Assembly: GCF_006345805.1 (NCBI RefSeq)
Contig: NC_043005.1
Span: 11,098,001 to 11,162,000 of the forward strand
DNA length: 64,000 nucleotides
Reading direction: 5' to 3'
Origin: Octopus sinensis
Taxonomy: Eukaryota
The translations under genes and the position numbers were made by a program. Positions 63,951 through 64,000 of this stretch are shown here, piece by piece. The notes under the pieces are model-generated. The model searched no databases. It was not told the DNA's origin and was given only the letters and a program-made list of their open reading frames with translations. Each line of letters opens with the position of its first letter. Positions within the stretch are counted from its first letter, which is position 1.

Positions 63951-64000
63951 TCTTTCTTTATTCTTTTATTTGTTCCAGTCATTTGACTGCGGCCATGCTG

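Overview
Repeat-saturated, AT-rich animal genomic DNA with no protein-coding host gene, rRNA or CRISPR array that I can support. The recurrent tRNA-derived SINE families and very dense microsatellites suggest an octopod cephalopod (inference from recalled repeat families, not a database search). Contents: one initiator tRNA-Met gene (2132-2203); about five tRNA-derived SINE families, several with clean target-site duplications (TSDs); decayed relics of Penelope (GIY-YIG), R4/Dong-type RLE LINEs, RTE and CR1 LINEs and a hAT transposase; several MITEs, a Helentron-type non-autonomous element and a 100-N gap. Nearly all ORFs in the supplied track are microsatellite or SINE artefacts. The main signal is a set of minimal type-I hammerhead ribozyme (HHR) motifs on short, often palindromic, Penelope-like elements. 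They have different sequences but all carry a self-complementary helix III (ACGCGU, ACACCGGUGU, AACGUU, ACAGCUGU). One has a compensatory U3:A8 core at the tip of a long hairpin (58781-58840), and one palindromic family carries a Pol III tRNA-type promoter aimed into its HHR arm (34082-34585, second copy near 63.8 kb). Also notable: TSD-bounded SINE multimers with a fixed junction, and R4/Dong-like LINE lineages associated with different microsatellites. All ribozyme calls are structural pattern matches made by eye; activity is untested.
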